A DNA stretch of 64,000 bases from Dehalococcoidia bacterium (GCA_965263395.1 OZ253670.1:1387958-1451957), one strand, 5' to 3'; shown: positions 35,872-44,783, counted from the stretch's first letter. Notes: a model not told the origin generated them from the sequence alone. Translations and numbers: made by a program.

Positions 35872-36996
35872 ATGACCAACACTACGACAAATCCAGGCGT
35901 CGACCCCGACCTGGCCGCAACCGTACATCATTCCGGCGGCAGCTATCCCGTGGTGGCCGGCTGGGGCCTGCTGGACCGGCTGGGGGAGCGGCTGCTGGAG
36001 CTGGGCGTGAAAAGCCCGGCCTACATCATCACCGACGAAAACGTCATGCGGCTGTACGGACGGGCGGCCCAGTGGTCGCTCCAACGGGCCGGCATCGCCG
36101 CCCACTGCTTCGTTATCCCGCCCGGCGAACCCAGCAAGACTTTCGGGTTGGCCCAGTCCATCTACGAGTGGCTGGTCGGTCTCAAGGCCGAGCGCGGACA
36201 GGCCATCATCGCCGTCGGCGGCGGCGTCGTCGGAGACCTGGCCGGATTCGTCGCGGCCACCTTCCTGCGGGGTGTCCCGTTCATCCAGGTCCCCACCAGC
36301 ATGGCCGCCATGGTCGATGCCTCTATTGGCGGCAAGGTGGCGGTCAACCTGCCCCAGGCCAAGAATCTGGTGGGCGCCTTCTACCAGCCCCAGGCCGTGC
36401 TGGCCGACGTGCAGGCCCTGTCAACCCTGGGCAAGCGGGAGCTTTCCGAGGGCTGGGCCGAGGCCATCAAGCACGGGCTGATTCTTGACGCCAGCCTGCT
36501 GGACGTTTTCGAGGAACACGCCGAGGCGTTGATGGACGTGGAGCCGGAGATTTCCACCGAGGTCATTCGCCGCAGCATGGCTATCAAGGCCGAGGTGGTC
36601 AGCCAGGACGAGCGCGAGACCCTGGGCATCCGCATCCTGCTGAACTACGGCCACACCATCGGCCACGCCCTGGAATCTTCCACCGAGTACGGCCGATTCA
36701 TGCACGGCGAGGGCGTGTCCATTGGCATGATGGGGGCCGCCGGGATGGCCTGCGAGTTGGGCATGATTCCGCAGGAATTGGTGGACCGGCAGCGCGGCCT
36801 GCTCCGGCGGTTCAACCTGCCCATCAAGGCGGCAGGGGTGCCGGTGGACGACATCCGCCGGGCCATGGCCCTGGACAAGAAAGTCCAGTCGGGCACCAAC
36901 CGCTGGGTCATGCTGGAAGGCGTGGGCCGGGCCGTCGTCCGCCAGGATGTTCCCTGGGACCTGGTTGAAGCAACCCTGGGCGAATTGGTGGGGTAG
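35872..36996 (+). CDS. aroB: 3-dehydroquinate synthase
   Basis: IIAVGGGVVGDLAGFVAATFLRGVPFIQVPTSMAAMVDASIGGKVAVN, LNYGHTIGHALE and HGEGVSIGM. Alternative start at ATG 35857. Confidence 0.9.
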   Translation: MTNTTTNPGVDPDLAATVHHSGGSYPVVAGWGLLDRLGERLLELGVKSPAYIITDENVMRLYGRAAQWSLQRAGIAAHCFVIPPGEPSKTFGLAQSIYEWLVGLKAERGQAIIAVGGGVVGDLAGFVAATFLRGVPFIQVPTSMAAMVDASIGGKVAVNLPQAKNLVGAFYQPQAVLADVQALSTLGKRELSEGWAEAIKHGLILDASLLDVFEEHAEALMDVEPEISTEVIRRSMAIKAEVVSQDERETLGIRILLNYGHTIGHALESSTEYGRFMHGEGVSIGMMGAAGMACELGMIPQELVDRQRGLLRRFNLPIKAAGVPVDDIRRAMALDKKVQSGTNRWVMLEGVGRAVVRQDVPWDLVEATLGELVG

Positions 36997-37112
36997 CCCG
37001 TCAATTCTTTCGTCCCCAAGCTATCGAAGGATCATCCTGCGATTGTCCGCAAGAAACCCTGCGGCAGCCGAATCCCGTCACTCACCCGTCACTCAAAGGA
37101 ACGTGCATCTCC

Positions 37113-37721
37113 ATGACGACTGACCCGGCATCTCCGTCCCAGGACAACCCCGCGGAAGACTCAAACGAGGACTACATCCGGCAGTTGCTATCTCCGGAGC
37201 GGGACCGCCGCGAGGACGTCGTTGCTATCCTGGGCCTTTCCGGCATCAACGACGGGGACACCGTGGCCGACATCGGCTGCGGCCCCGGCTACTACACCGT
37301 CCCGCTGGCCCGGATGTTGAGCAACGGCAAGGTGTACGCCCTGGATGTTGATGAAGAGATGCTCGACGCCTGCCGGCAGCAGTTGGCCGAGGCCGGCCTG
37401 GACAACGCCGAGGTCCTGAAGTGCGAAGAGTACGAGTTTCCGCTGGAGGACGGCTCCGTGGACGGGCTGTTTCTGGCTTTCGTCGTTCACCATTCGGAAG
37501 ACCGGGTCCGGTTCCTGCAAGCGGTGCGCCGGGTGCTGACGCCCCTGGGCTGGTGTACGGTACTGGAGTGGAGCCGCAAGGAATCGAACGACGGCCCGCC
37601 TCTGGAATACCGCATTGACCCCGGCGAACTGCGGCGGTTAGTCGCTGATGCCGGGTTCCGCTACCTGGATACCCGAGAACTGAACGACGGTCAGTACATG
37701 ACCACCCTGCGCAACGGGTAA
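37113..37721 (+). CDS. class I SAM-dependent methyltransferase
   Basis: Motif I VADIGCGPGYYTVPLA, with motifs DGLFLAFVVHH further downstream. Confidence 0.8.
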   Translation: MTTDPASPSQDNPAEDSNEDYIRQLLSPERDRREDVVAILGLSGINDGDTVADIGCGPGYYTVPLARMLSNGKVYALDVDEEMLDACRQQLAEAGLDNAEVLKCEEYEFPLEDGSVDGLFLAFVVHHSEDRVRFLQAVRRVLTPLGWCTVLEWSRKESNDGPPLEYRIDPGELRRLVADAGFRYLDTRELNDGQYMTTLRNG

Positions 37722-37732
37722 CTGTCCCGCCC

Positions 37733-38536
37733 CTAGCTCCCTGCTTCCAGAGACTGGATTTCGGCTTCCAGGTCGCGGGCGGAGCCGGAGTCTCCGGCGG
37801 ACAGGCGGAAGCAGCGGTCGAGGTAAAGCTGGGCCAGCCTGGACCCTCTCTGGGAAGCGTCCTGGGCCGCGGCCAGCAGGCCGGGCAGCCGGAACTCTTC
37901 AGGCAAATAGCGTCCCAGCGAGCTAATCTCGGTGGTGGCCTCGGTGACCATTCCCGAGTCGCTGCCTTCCTGGGCAAAACGCAGCTTCCCCAGCAGCCGG
38001 GACAACTCCGTCAGCTTGTCGTTTTCGCTCATCAGGCTGAACAGGACCTCGTTAACCTGGAAGGACGTATCCTCTTCTTCCAACCCCCTCGGCAATTCCA
38101 CCGCCGGGGCTGTCCCGCCGGCCGGTTCCGCAGGCTGATCCCCTGCTTTGGCCGTTTCCAGGAATTGGCCGCAGATGCGGGAATACTCCTGCACCGCCTC
38201 GGTCACCGCCTCCATCATGCGGGGCAGGTCGAAGGAGAACATACTGTCTGCGTAAATCAGGTCGTCGTCCCGCAGGCGGCACAGGTTGTCCAGCGTTTGA
38301 TAGCTGTCCACCGGCTCGGGCACCGGCGGCATGGCAAAGGCCGAAAATTCGCTCAGCGGCGCCGCTCCCAAATGGGATGCCAGGAAGGGCGGCACGTACT
38401 TGGTCAGGTCGGCCTGAATCGGCAGGGTCACCACATAGGTGGCATAAACCTTGTCCGGCTCGGTGGAAACGCGAAAATAAACCAGCGCGTGCCCCTTGGG
38501 CCGCTGCGGGCTGCCTTGGTCGAATGCCAGGTTCAT
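37733..38536 (-). CDS. hypothetical protein
   Basis: Start taken at ATG 38536 (MNLAFDQGSPQRPKGHALVYFRV). The upstream part of the track ORF runs into repeat DNA. No family recognised. Confidence 0.5.
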   Translation of the reverse strand: MNLAFDQGSPQRPKGHALVYFRVSTEPDKVYATYVVTLPIQADLTKYVPPFLASHLGAAPLSEFSAFAMPPVPEPVDSYQTLDNLCRLRDDDLIYADSMFSFDLPRMMEAVTEAVQEYSRICGQFLETAKAGDQPAEPAGGTAPAVELPRGLEEEDTSFQVNEVLFSLMSENDKLTELSRLLGKLRFAQEGSDSGMVTEATTEISSLGRYLPEEFRLPGLLAAAQDASQRGSRLAQLYLDRCFRLSAGDSGSARDLEAEIQSLEAGS

Positions 38537-38679
38537 ATTGGGGCTCACTACTGCGGAAGCGTTATGTACTAGGACTGCCAGCCTATTATAGTGTAAATCG
38601 CCCGGACTTAACCAGCCGTGTTTGCGGCAGGACGATTGCAAAATCCGCCCTCTGGTCCCGGGCAGGGGCAGCTTCTCCT

Positions 38680-38777
38680 CGTCTTTCCCGCGAACGCGGG
38701 AATCCACGGCGGTCTTGCCAACAGCGGCGTTTGCTGCCGCAGCGACGTATGGATTCCTGCTTTCGCAGGAAAGACGA
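38680..38777. repeat. Family-2 palindromic REP-like element (98 bp), nested inside a 17-bp inverted-repeat pair
   Basis: CGTCTTTCCCGCGAACGCGGGAATCCACGG...CCGCAGCGACGTATGGATTCCTGCTTTCGCAGGAAAGACG. Bracketed by CAGGACGATTGCAAA (about 38627) and TTTGCAATCGTCCTG (about 38821). Confidence 0.8.
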
Positions 38778-38852
38778 TGTGTGCGGTGCCCGCAATGGGG
38801 CTTCTCTACTAAGAAAGACTTTGCAATCGTCCTGGCGTCCCCAGGACCTTTC

Positions 38853-39079
38853 TATTCTCCCCTCTCCCCGCGGGAGAGGGGCCGGGGGTGAGGGCGAACC
38901 CCTATGACAGTAGGCCGTTGACGGCTGCCGCCAAGTCCCGTTAACGTTAATATCAGCCGGTGAACATCTCGTTTCCTGCGGGAAGGGGCTTGCTCCCGTA
39001 CCAGGTGAAGGGCGCGGTCAAGTGACACCCCTCTCCCGTGGGGAGAGGGGCCGGGGGTGAGGGCGTTCCCCTATGACAA
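38853..39079. repeat. two direct copies of a family-1 half-element
   Basis: CTCCCCTCTCCCCGCGGGAGAGGGGCCGGGGGTGAGGGCGAACCCCTATGACA (from about 38856) and CACCCCTCTCCCGTGGGGAGAGGGGCCGGGGGTGAGGGCGTTCCCCTATGACA (from about 39026). Confidence 0.75.
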
Positions 39080-39190
39080 AAGCGGACAAAACCAGGACAT
39101 TTCCATGACAAAAGCGGACACTGACCGGACATTTCAGGACAAAATCCCCCCTGGCCCACGCTTAAATGTCCGGAAATGTCCGCTTTTGTC
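39073..39190. repeat. tandem 32-bp direct repeat plus an inverted partner
   Basis: ATGACAAAAGCGGACAAAACCAGGACATTTCC (39073-39104) and ATGACAAAAGCGGACACTGACCGGACATTTCA (39105-39136). The reverse-complement word GAAATGTCCGCTTTTGTC lies at 39173-39190. Confidence 0.75.
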
Positions 39191-39448
39191 CGGTATTCCA
39201 GGAAGCGCTCCCCGTCCTGTGAAATTAGCGGCTTCGCAATCGTCCTGCCCGGGATTCGAGACGATTGCCTGTTGGACGGGGCGGCCCGTTCAATCCGTTT
39301 ATGCCGCGGGCCACGAGGGGTTTGCCGGGGAATTGCCCCGGCCCAAAACCGCGTTGACTTGCCTGGGGAATTACAGTAATGTATACGCGATTCCATTGGC
39401 CGGGGCCGTGCCCGTCCGTGGGCGCTTTCCCCGAAAGGAGTTGGATAA

Positions 39449-39874
39449 ATGGCCGAACAGCAACTGCCGGAACTGGTCTACGACAATCTTGAGATTGGCG
39501 AAGAACTGGGTTCCTACGAGTATGTCCTGACCCAGGAGATGGTCGACGAGTACCGCAAGTCGGTGGACGACCCGGAGGGCGTGTTCCCAACCATTGCGGT
39601 CAAGCACGACGCCACCGCCCTTGGAATGGCTTACGAGGACAACACCGGAGGAGTCAACGCCGGCAATGAAATGGAGTTTTACAACCCCCCCATTCCCGGC
39701 AAGGTTATACGAGTGACCGGACGCATCCACGACAAGTATTCCCGTCGCGAAAAGCCGTACCTGGTCATCGAGGCCACCGCCACCGATGAAGATGGCCGGC
39801 TGATTGAAAAGATGCGGACGTACCAGATGAAAAAACCGGATGAGGTGGGAAAGAAATGGCATCCACAGGGCTAG
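39449..39874 (+). CDS. MaoC/FAS1-like hotdog-fold dehydratase subunit
   Basis: 141 aa, overlapping the next hotdog gene by 19 nt. The pairing resembles heterodimeric HadAB/ChsH-type hydratases. Confidence 0.65.
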   Translation: MAEQQLPELVYDNLEIGEELGSYEYVLTQEMVDEYRKSVDDPEGVFPTIAVKHDATALGMAYEDNTGGVNAGNEMEFYNPPIPGKVIRVTGRIHDKYSRREKPYLVIEATATDEDGRLIEKMRTYQMKKPDEVGKKWHPQG

Positions 39875-40275
39875 AGGAAAAGACCATCCCCGCGCTGACC
39901 AAGACCATCAGTCAGGTCAAGATTAACCAGTTCGAATCGTGCGGAATCCGGGAGCGGGAGAACATTCACAACAGCCCAGAACTGGCAAAGCAGCGGTTGG
40001 GCACCACCTATCCCATCGCCTCCGGGCGTATGTCGGTGGCCTTCGCCTCCGAGCTTCTGCGGCGGTACTTTGGGGCCGAGAACTTCCACCACAGCGGCGT
40101 GGTCAACCTGAAGTTCCTGCGCCCGGTCAAGGAAGGCGACACCGTAACCATCAGCGGCGCTTACAACAGCAGCCAGGGTGTCGAGGACGGGACGCTGGTC
40201 ACGGTAGACATCTCCTGCCAGAACCAGAACGGCGACACCACCGCCGTAGGCCAGGGCAGCGCCGTCGTAAAATAG
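39856..40275 (+). CDS. MaoC-like hotdog-fold dehydratase subunit
   Basis: IHNSPELAKQRLGTTYPIASGRMSVAF and VVNLKFLRPVKEGDTVTISG fit the MaoC dehydratase pattern. Confidence 0.7.
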   Translation: MASTGLEEKTIPALTKTISQVKINQFESCGIRERENIHNSPELAKQRLGTTYPIASGRMSVAFASELLRRYFGAENFHHSGVVNLKFLRPVKEGDTVTISGAYNSSQGVEDGTLVTVDISCQNQNGDTTAVGQGSAVVK

Positions 40276-40386
40276 CCTCGCAGAAGTGTCCAGAGGCTTT
40301 GTTGGGGATCCCCGCGTCCTTCGTGTTGGGGGGGGATAGCCTCGCCCAGGACAGGATTTCGTAAGATAATTCCGCTAAGGAGCGCC

Positions 40387-40686
40387 ATGCCGGGAGCAGA
40401 GTTCGGAAAAGTTGAAGTCGAAGTAGTCTATTGCGTACCTTGAGGGTACCATGCAGTCGCCATGTGGCTGGCGGCAGAATTCTGGCGGTCTCAGGAACCG
40501 GGCGACATCGCCATCAAGCTTACCCCCGCCGGTGGCGGCCGGTTGGAAGTCAACCTCGACGGAGAGAAGATTTTCGACGTTAAGGAAGAGGGCGGAGTCC
40601 ACCCCAACCTGTCCAAGGCCAACGAGTTGAAGATGGTCATCGCCGAAAAGGTTTTTGAGGTCGAAGAGGCCATCACCGCCAACTAG
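40387..40686 (+). CDS. SelW/Rdx-family selenoprotein candidate (in-frame UGA at 40441-40443)
   Basis: ATG 40387 lies 4 nt after AAGGAG. Reading through the TGA gives MPGAEFGKVEVEVVYCVPUGYHAVAMWLAAEF...LTPAGGGRLEVNLDGEKIFDVKEEGGVHPN. This is the IEYCxxU...P..gG.FEV..dG pattern of the Rdx family. The ORF track reports only the part after the TGA (40462-40686). Confidence 0.7.
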
Positions 40687-40806
40687 CGGGCAGGTCCGGC
40701 GCTAAAGTCCGCTGCATCAACTCAGCAGCCCGGGCCCGCGTGTCTGGGCTGTATGCTTTTGGCCCGGACTTGGCAACTGTCTCAAAGCAACTGTTCAGCC
40801 AAAAAT

Positions 40807-41553
40807 ATGCCGGCCGCGTCCCACCGGGACGGCCGGGTTGGAGCTAGGAACTTGGCTAATCCAGAGCACGTAGAGCTACTCAAACAGGGTCCCGCCGGGT
40901 TTGCCCAGTGGCGCAAGGAAAACCCCAACGCTGCGCTGGACCTGGAGGGCGCAGACCTTTCCCAAATGGACCTCACCGGAGCCAGAATCCGCAACGCCAA
41001 TCTCAAGGACGCTAATCTGACCGGGGCGAAGCTGTCCCGCGCCAGTCTGGCCAAAGCCGACCTGCGGGGCGCCGACTTCACCGGCGCCGACCTGGGCCGG
41101 GCCAGCCTGGCCGACGCCAACTGCCGCGGCGCCAACTTCACCAACGCAAACCTGCACTGGGCCGACTTCCGGGGGGCCAACCTGGAAGGGGCGCTGCTGC
41201 GGCACGCCCGCACCATGCGGACATCGTTCTTCAACGCCAACATGTCCCGCGCCGATGCCAGCCAGTCCACCATGATTGAGGTGGACCTGCGCAATGCCAA
41301 CCTGACGGGCGCCAATTTCACCGCGTCCAACATGAACGGCGCCGACATCAGCCGGGCAGTGCTGGAAGGGGCCAACTTCACCCAGGCCATGATCCGGGAT
41401 TCCATGTGGATTATGACCGATATGCGCCACGCCAACTTCGACAAGGCCAGCCTGCATCGGGCCGACATGACCATGGCCAGGTACGACAACACCACCCGTT
41501 TCCCCAACAAGTTCGACCCCACCAACACCGGCCCCAAGGAAGTAACCGATTAG
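40807..41553 (+). CDS. pentapeptide-repeat protein
   Basis: A long run of A(D/N)LxX pentapeptides: ADLSQMDLTGARIRNANLKDANLTGAKLSRASLAKADLRGADFTGADLGRASLADANCRGANFTNANL... Confidence 0.9.
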   Translation: MPAASHRDGRVGARNLANPEHVELLKQGPAGFAQWRKENPNAALDLEGADLSQMDLTGARIRNANLKDANLTGAKLSRASLAKADLRGADFTGADLGRASLADANCRGANFTNANLHWADFRGANLEGALLRHARTMRTSFFNANMSRADASQSTMIEVDLRNANLTGANFTASNMNGADISRAVLEGANFTQAMIRDSMWIMTDMRHANFDKASLHRADMTMARYDNTTRFPNKFDPTNTGPKEVTD

Positions 41554-41641
41554 GGACCGGTGCTCCCAACCCATTTAGAATCGCGCCAAGCCGCCGGTGT
41601 TCCCGGTTTATCCTGGCGCATGGTGGCAATGTCAGGTAGCC

Positions 41642-41671
41642 CCGTGGATTCCTGCCTGCGCAGGAACGACG
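41642..41671. repeat. Family-2 REP half-element
   Basis: CCGTGGATTCCTGCCTGCGCAGGAACGACG is the reverse-orientation arm of the 18528 copy. Confidence 0.7.
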
Positions 41672-41808
41672 AAAATAGCGCCGGAATAACGGCGATCCCA
41701 ACACGAATGACGAATACCCCGCCACTGCAGCGGCTGAGTCCGCCCCCGGTTACGTGTTAAAATTCCTACCGAACCCGACAGCAACGAGGACCCGGTGGGA
41801 GTAATACA

Positions 41809-42852
41809 ATGGGCGTAGTACAAGTCGCTGCCAATCAGCCCGGCGCGGGCAAGACCTGCCTGATTGCCGCCATGCTCCGGCGCTTAACTCAGGCTGGACG
41901 CCGGGCCGGTTACTACAAGCCCTTTTCCGCCACCCCCGGGTCCGACCCCGACCGGGCTTTTCTGGTCCAAATGCTGTCGGAAACCGCTTCCCCGGATGCG
42001 CCGGCAGTACCGGTCCCGGAACCCCATTCGTTGCCGGAGCCAGAAGAGGGCTTCGCCAACGGTGGAGCGGCGCAGGCGATTGGCGCGGTGGTGGCCGGAA
42101 TAGAGGCCGACGCGGGAACGGTGTTGGTCGAAGCCCCTGACCTGACCGTTTCCGGCGGCGCAGACTCCCCTCTGGCGGTCGAGCTGTCCGCAGCGATCAA
42201 CTCCGCCATAATCGTGGTCTTGCGGTGGCGGCCGGAGTTGGATGCAGCTGCGGTGAAGTTCTTAATCGAAGGCTGGGAGGAGCGCGTGGCCGGCGTGGTG
42301 TTCAACCAATGCCCGGTCTACCGCGGCCGGGAGTTGGCGCTGACGGTCATCGCGCCGCTGCGGGAGGACGGGATTCCGGTCTGGGGGGCGATTCCTGAAG
42401 ACCGGGCCATGCTGTCGGTAACTGTCCAGCAGATTGCCGACCACCTTGCCGGAAGCTGGGTGCAGGAACCGGCCAACGTGGAAGCTCCGGTTGACCACTT
42501 CCTGATTGGCGGCAACATCATGGACTCCGGCCCCAACTACTTTGGACGCTACGCCAACCAAGGGATCATAACCCGGGCCGAGCGTCCCGACATTCAGTTG
42601 GCCAGCCTGATGTGCGACATCCGCTGCCTGGTACTCACCGGCGGGGGCGAACCGGCGGAGTACATTCGGGTCGAAGCGTCCAAGCGCGATGTGCCCCTTA
42701 TTTCGGTGGCTGGGGACACCATCAGCACCGCCGAGGCCCTCAACGGAATCCTGGATGAAGCAACCGCACACACCCACGGCAAGGCCGAACGGTTCGCCCA
42801 ACTCATGGAGCAGTTCCTGGACATGGACGCCGTAATGGCTGCCCTGGAATGA
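41809..42852 (+). CDS. phosphotransacetylase-N-terminal-like protein (P-loop BioD/CobQ-type domain plus DRTGG domain)
   Basis: VQVAANQPGAGKTCLIAAMLRRL at the N-terminus and IRCLVLTGGGEP in the C-terminal half. Confidence 0.6.
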   Translation: MGVVQVAANQPGAGKTCLIAAMLRRLTQAGRRAGYYKPFSATPGSDPDRAFLVQMLSETASPDAPAVPVPEPHSLPEPEEGFANGGAAQAIGAVVAGIEADAGTVLVEAPDLTVSGGADSPLAVELSAAINSAIIVVLRWRPELDAAAVKFLIEGWEERVAGVVFNQCPVYRGRELALTVIAPLREDGIPVWGAIPEDRAMLSVTVQQIADHLAGSWVQEPANVEAPVDHFLIGGNIMDSGPNYFGRYANQGIITRAERPDIQLASLMCDIRCLVLTGGGEPAEYIRVEASKRDVPLISVAGDTISTAEALNGILDEATAHTHGKAERFAQLMEQFLDMDAVMAALE

Positions 42853-42954
42853 TGCCCCGCCATCCCAATTTTTCCTGCGGGAGAGGGAACACCGGCCAAT
42901 AGACCCGTTCGGCCCGCTGCCCGGTAAGCGCTGCCCCGGACTCTTGGGACAGCG

Positions 42955-43242
42955 CTACTCCACCACCTCGAATCTTTCGGACTCGGGCGGCTGGGACCAC
43001 ATTTCCCCGGCGCCGGCCATGGCCGCGGCCCGTTCCGGGCTGGCGCGCCAGGCGTCGTAAATCTCGTTGCTGTCCCAAGTCACCAGGGTGGTAATCTTGG
43101 TGGCATTGCTCAAGGAATAAAGGGTCTCCCGGCGGCCAAAGCCCGGAGCCTTGCTCTGGGCCAGACCGTTGCCGTCGAGCAGCTTTTTTGCTGCCTCCAC
43201 CTGGTCTTCTTTGGCCCAATGATGGGTTAATACGCCAATCAT
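42955..43242 (-). CDS. antibiotic-biosynthesis-monooxygenase (ABM)-like small protein
   Basis: 95 aa with a ferredoxin-like pattern: MIGVLTHHWAKEDQVEAAKKLL...ITTLVTWDSNEIYDAWRASPE. Confidence 0.55.
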   Translation of the reverse strand: MIGVLTHHWAKEDQVEAAKKLLDGNGLAQSKAPGFGRRETLYSLSNATKITTLVTWDSNEIYDAWRASPERAAAMAGAGEMWSQPPESERFEVVE

Positions 43243-43364
43243 ACTTCGCAGTCCTCCGCTAGTTCGTTCTTGATAAGGAAGTCTTTTTAGTGTCTCGGGG
43301 CCAACCGCTTTGGCCGGGAAATTCCTGGATGCCTGACCATCAAAAGACTTCCCGGCAGCCCGCG

Positions 43365-44744
43365 TCAGTGACTCCCTTGGGCTTCACCCGTCGGCATGGC
43401 CGTGCCGTCCGGGCCCGTCTCAGGGCGGCGGGTGCCGCTGCCCCCGCTTTTGAACAGGGGTATCAGGGCCATGGGAGCGAGCAAGGTGGTCAACACGGTC
43501 ATCATGATGGAGACGCCGAACAGTTCCTGACCGATAATCCCCTGGCTCAGGCCGATTCCGGCGATAATCAGGGCGACTTCTCCCCGGGGCATCATGCCGA
43601 ACCCGATGCGGCTGCTGCCCCGCAGGTTGAAGCCGCTGAAGAAGGCGGGAATGCCCGACCCGAACACCTTGGACCCCGCGGCCAGGACCGATACCACCAA
43701 CCCGAACACCACCGAGGCGCCCATTTCGGCGACGTTGACCTGCATCCCCATGACCACGAAGAACACCGGCACTATAACCTGATTCAACGGCACGAGTTCC
43801 CGCTCGACCCGGTGGGCCATGTCCGTGTTGGACAGCGCCAGCCCGATGGAGAAAGCGCCGATAATGAAAGCCAGCCCGAACGCTTCGGCTAATCCTGCCG
43901 CCAACAGCGCCAGGGCTACGGTGAGAACCAGGGCAGAGCCGGGTACCCGCAGGTGGCCGATGCCTTTCTCCAGGTAGGGCGCGGCCAGGATTCCCACCGC
44001 GGACAACCCCAGCCAGAAGGCGATGGCCTTGAACGCCACCCAGCCGATGCCGCCCAGGGAGAAGGCGCCCACGGTGCTGATTCCCACCACCATAGTCAGC
44101 ACCAGAATGCCGATAACGTCGTCCACCACCGCCGCAGCCAACACCGTCACGCCCTCCGGCGAGTCGAGGCGGTTCAGGTCGGCCAGCACCCGGGCGGTGA
44201 TGCCCACCGAGGTCGCGGTTAACAGGGCGCCCATGAACAGGGCCGGGGGCGCGAAAATCCCGCCGCCGCCGTCAAAACCGAAGAAGACGGTCGCCCCCAC
44301 TCCCAGGACGAAGGGCACAATCACGCCGCCCAGGGCCACGGCGGTGGCCGGGCCGACGTAGCGCAGGAACTGCCGCAGGTTGGTCTCCAACCCGATGCCG
44401 AACAAAAGCAGAACGGAGCCGATTTGCGCTATGGAAAACAGCTCGTGGCCGATGGGGACCAGCTCTGGGTGTCCGTCGGGGGTCAATGGCAGGGGGAAAA
44501 GAGGTCCGAAACCGGGTATGGGCAACGCTCCCAGGGCAAAGGGACCGATGGCAACCCCGATGGCCAACTCTCCCAGCACCGGGGGCAGCTTCAGGAAGCG
44601 GATGCAAATTTCGCCGGCCATCTTGGCGGCAAAGAGAATAATCGACAGTTGAATGAGCAGCTTGAGGATTACTTCGGTAAGTTCTCCGTCCCCGGCTGGC
44701 AGGACGGACAGCAACGGAGCGGCGCCAAATATGTGGTCAAGCAT
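43365..44744 (-). CDS. cation:proton antiporter (CPA2/Kef-NapA type)
   Basis: 459 aa with about 12-13 TM helices and Na+/H+-exchanger-family sequence style (LPPVLGELAIGVAIGPFALG, MMPRGEVALIIAGIGL). Confidence 0.8.
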   Translation of the reverse strand: MLDHIFGAAPLLSVLPAGDGELTEVILKLLIQLSIILFAAKMAGEICIRFLKLPPVLGELAIGVAIGPFALGALPIPGFGPLFPLPLTPDGHPELVPIGHELFSIAQIGSVLLLFGIGLETNLRQFLRYVGPATAVALGGVIVPFVLGVGATVFFGFDGGGGIFAPPALFMGALLTATSVGITARVLADLNRLDSPEGVTVLAAAVVDDVIGILVLTMVVGISTVGAFSLGGIGWVAFKAIAFWLGLSAVGILAAPYLEKGIGHLRVPGSALVLTVALALLAAGLAEAFGLAFIIGAFSIGLALSNTDMAHRVERELVPLNQVIVPVFFVVMGMQVNVAEMGASVVFGLVVSVLAAGSKVFGSGIPAFFSGFNLRGSSRIGFGMMPRGEVALIIAGIGLSQGIIGQELFGVSIMMTVLTTLLAPMALIPLFKSGGSGTRRPETGPDGTAMPTGEAQGSH

Positions 44745-44783
44745 TCCTATACCCCGGGTACCTGCGCTAAAGCGGCGCCCCCG

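Noticed and set aside
38560-39440. Possible CRISPR array, given the many short palindromic repeats here and elsewhere in the window.
   Set aside because: The repeats belong to several different families, occur in both orientations, are not regularly spaced by unique spacers of constant length, and are scattered in intergenic gaps. No cas genes are present.
38586-39590. Multiple 60-160-aa ORFs across 38.6-39.6 kb. Similar ORFs occur at 2741-3172, 22863-23297, 16048-16401 and 59324-59542.
   Set aside because: They are made almost entirely of REP/MITE repeats. The recurrent peptides ([23 protein letters not shown]) are translation artefacts of palindromic DNA found at several loci in both orientations.
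40782-41574. Two ~240-aa minus-strand ORFs opposite the pentapeptide-repeat gene.
   Set aside because: The 15-nt periodicity of the pentapeptide repeats keeps several frames open. Only the plus-strand frame gives the canonical A(D/N)LxX repeat with a start and RBS.
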